Shown here piece by piece: positions 63,088 to 64,000 of a stretch of 64,000 nucleotides of DNA. The notes beneath the pieces were generated by a model. It was given only the letters and a program-made list of their open reading frames with translations. It had not been told where the DNA came from and did no database searches. Origin of the DNA: Marsupella aquatica (Eukaryota; Plantae; Marchantiophyta); contig OZ316892.1 of the NCBI GenBank assembly GCA_973895155.1, positions 4,112,410 to 4,176,409 of the forward strand. Reading direction: 5' to 3'. The first letter of the stretch is position 1; each line of letters begins with the position of its first letter. Both the position numbers and the translations under genes were made by a program.

Positions 63088-64000
63088 TCAAACTTGGTCC
63101 TCATCATCTTCAGGTTGGGACACAACCAGAATATCAGGCTTTTCCCCAACGATTGAACGAGACCGTGGCACATATGTGATGACAAGTGACCATTCCTCTG
63201 GGTTTGGGGGGTATGGAATATAGAAACATTGTTCCACATGACTTGGAAAAGTGAACGGCTCTGATGTTTGCCAATGAGATGGCTGGAAACTAGTGGCAGA
63301 CGTCTTCAGTCGTGTAAATCCACACTCATCTTGAACCACAGTAGGATTGTTACCTGCAAGGTTCACTTTGAACCACTTGCACTTGAAGACATACTCTTCA
63401 AACTTTGATTGTGCATCATAAGATATCACTAGAATCTCTTCTACCTTTCCATAATGTGGCACAACATCTCGAATAATATTTGTGTCATGGCGACTGCTGC
63501 GGGAATCTTGAGAGAATTGTCCTTGAACTCCACAATCAAAGGTACGACCCCTCTTCTCATCAAGGGAAGAAATCCTAAAATCCATCAAACCATAAGGATA
63601 TGTTACACAAAAATAGACACAAACATATTCCAATTAATTGAACACACCAAGAATCTGCCTCTTCAATATACGTGCTTGTATTACAAATGAATTAAATTAA
63701 ACCAAGTGATTCAAATCAAAGGTTACTAAGGTAGATGGAGATCACTGAAATGTCTTCCTTGTGTCCACATTGCTGTCCTTGTTGTAACCACTCTCAAGGG
63801 ACCATGAACAATGGTACGAACATCATCTGTGATAGCCGGAAAATGTAATACACTCTCTCCCCTGACCACCATGTCATCCCCCTCAACTAACTTCTCCTTC
63901 ATATAGTCAAGGTACTTTGGAAAATCCTTGGTCTTGTGCTGTTACTTTTGGCATCCTCATAGAAATCCCTCCATTCTTCCATGATAGTGCTGTTACTCAC
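63088..64000 (-). pseudogene. CACTA transposase C-terminal region (DUF4216-like and upstream exon), opposite strand to the N-terminal half
   Basis: TFDCGVQGQF, HYGKVEEIL, VFKCKWF, QDECGFT, EPFTFPSHVEQCFYIPYP..WSLV. Confidence 0.85.

Larger units (their letters stand above)
53838..64000. mobile_element. CACTA/EnSpm transposon, internally rearranged, extends past the window end
   Basis: CACTACAAC terminus at 53838, exactly where Helitron homology stops (candidate TSD TAT). Dense TTGCGA/TCGCAA subterminal repeats; Tnp2 and DUF4216-like ORFs. Confidence 0.88.

Overview
Eukaryotic, repeat-rich land-plant DNA. A non-seed plant is my inference from the gene and TE types. Two host genes lie in the middle, both on the minus strand: a 15-exon ATXR2-like SET/MYND gene with one U12-type intron, and an intronless adenylate kinase. 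On the left, a field of tandem repeats (1-7.4 kb) precedes a nest. A TA-flanked MITE is split by a complete Ty1/copia element (LTRs 7478-7821 and 31023-31370, TSD CGAAC). The copia protease is split by a 17.2-kb TIR element (10458-27660, TSD ATTT). That element carries a Sola-like DDE transposase pseudogene, an Athila-like fragment, and a divergently oriented spliced cargo gene predicted to join ParB/Srx-like, N4/N6 DNA-methyltransferase-like and FCP1/NIF-like phosphatase domains. On the right, a Helitron Rep region is cut off by a rearranged CACTA element. The CACTA element holds an intact SET-domain exon inside the first intron of its transposase and a 650-bp fold-back centred on (AAACCCT)3. 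The best candidates for undescribed biology are the giant Sola-like cargo transposon and the SET-carrying CACTA. All domain calls come from motif recognition by eye and need HMM or structure confirmation.
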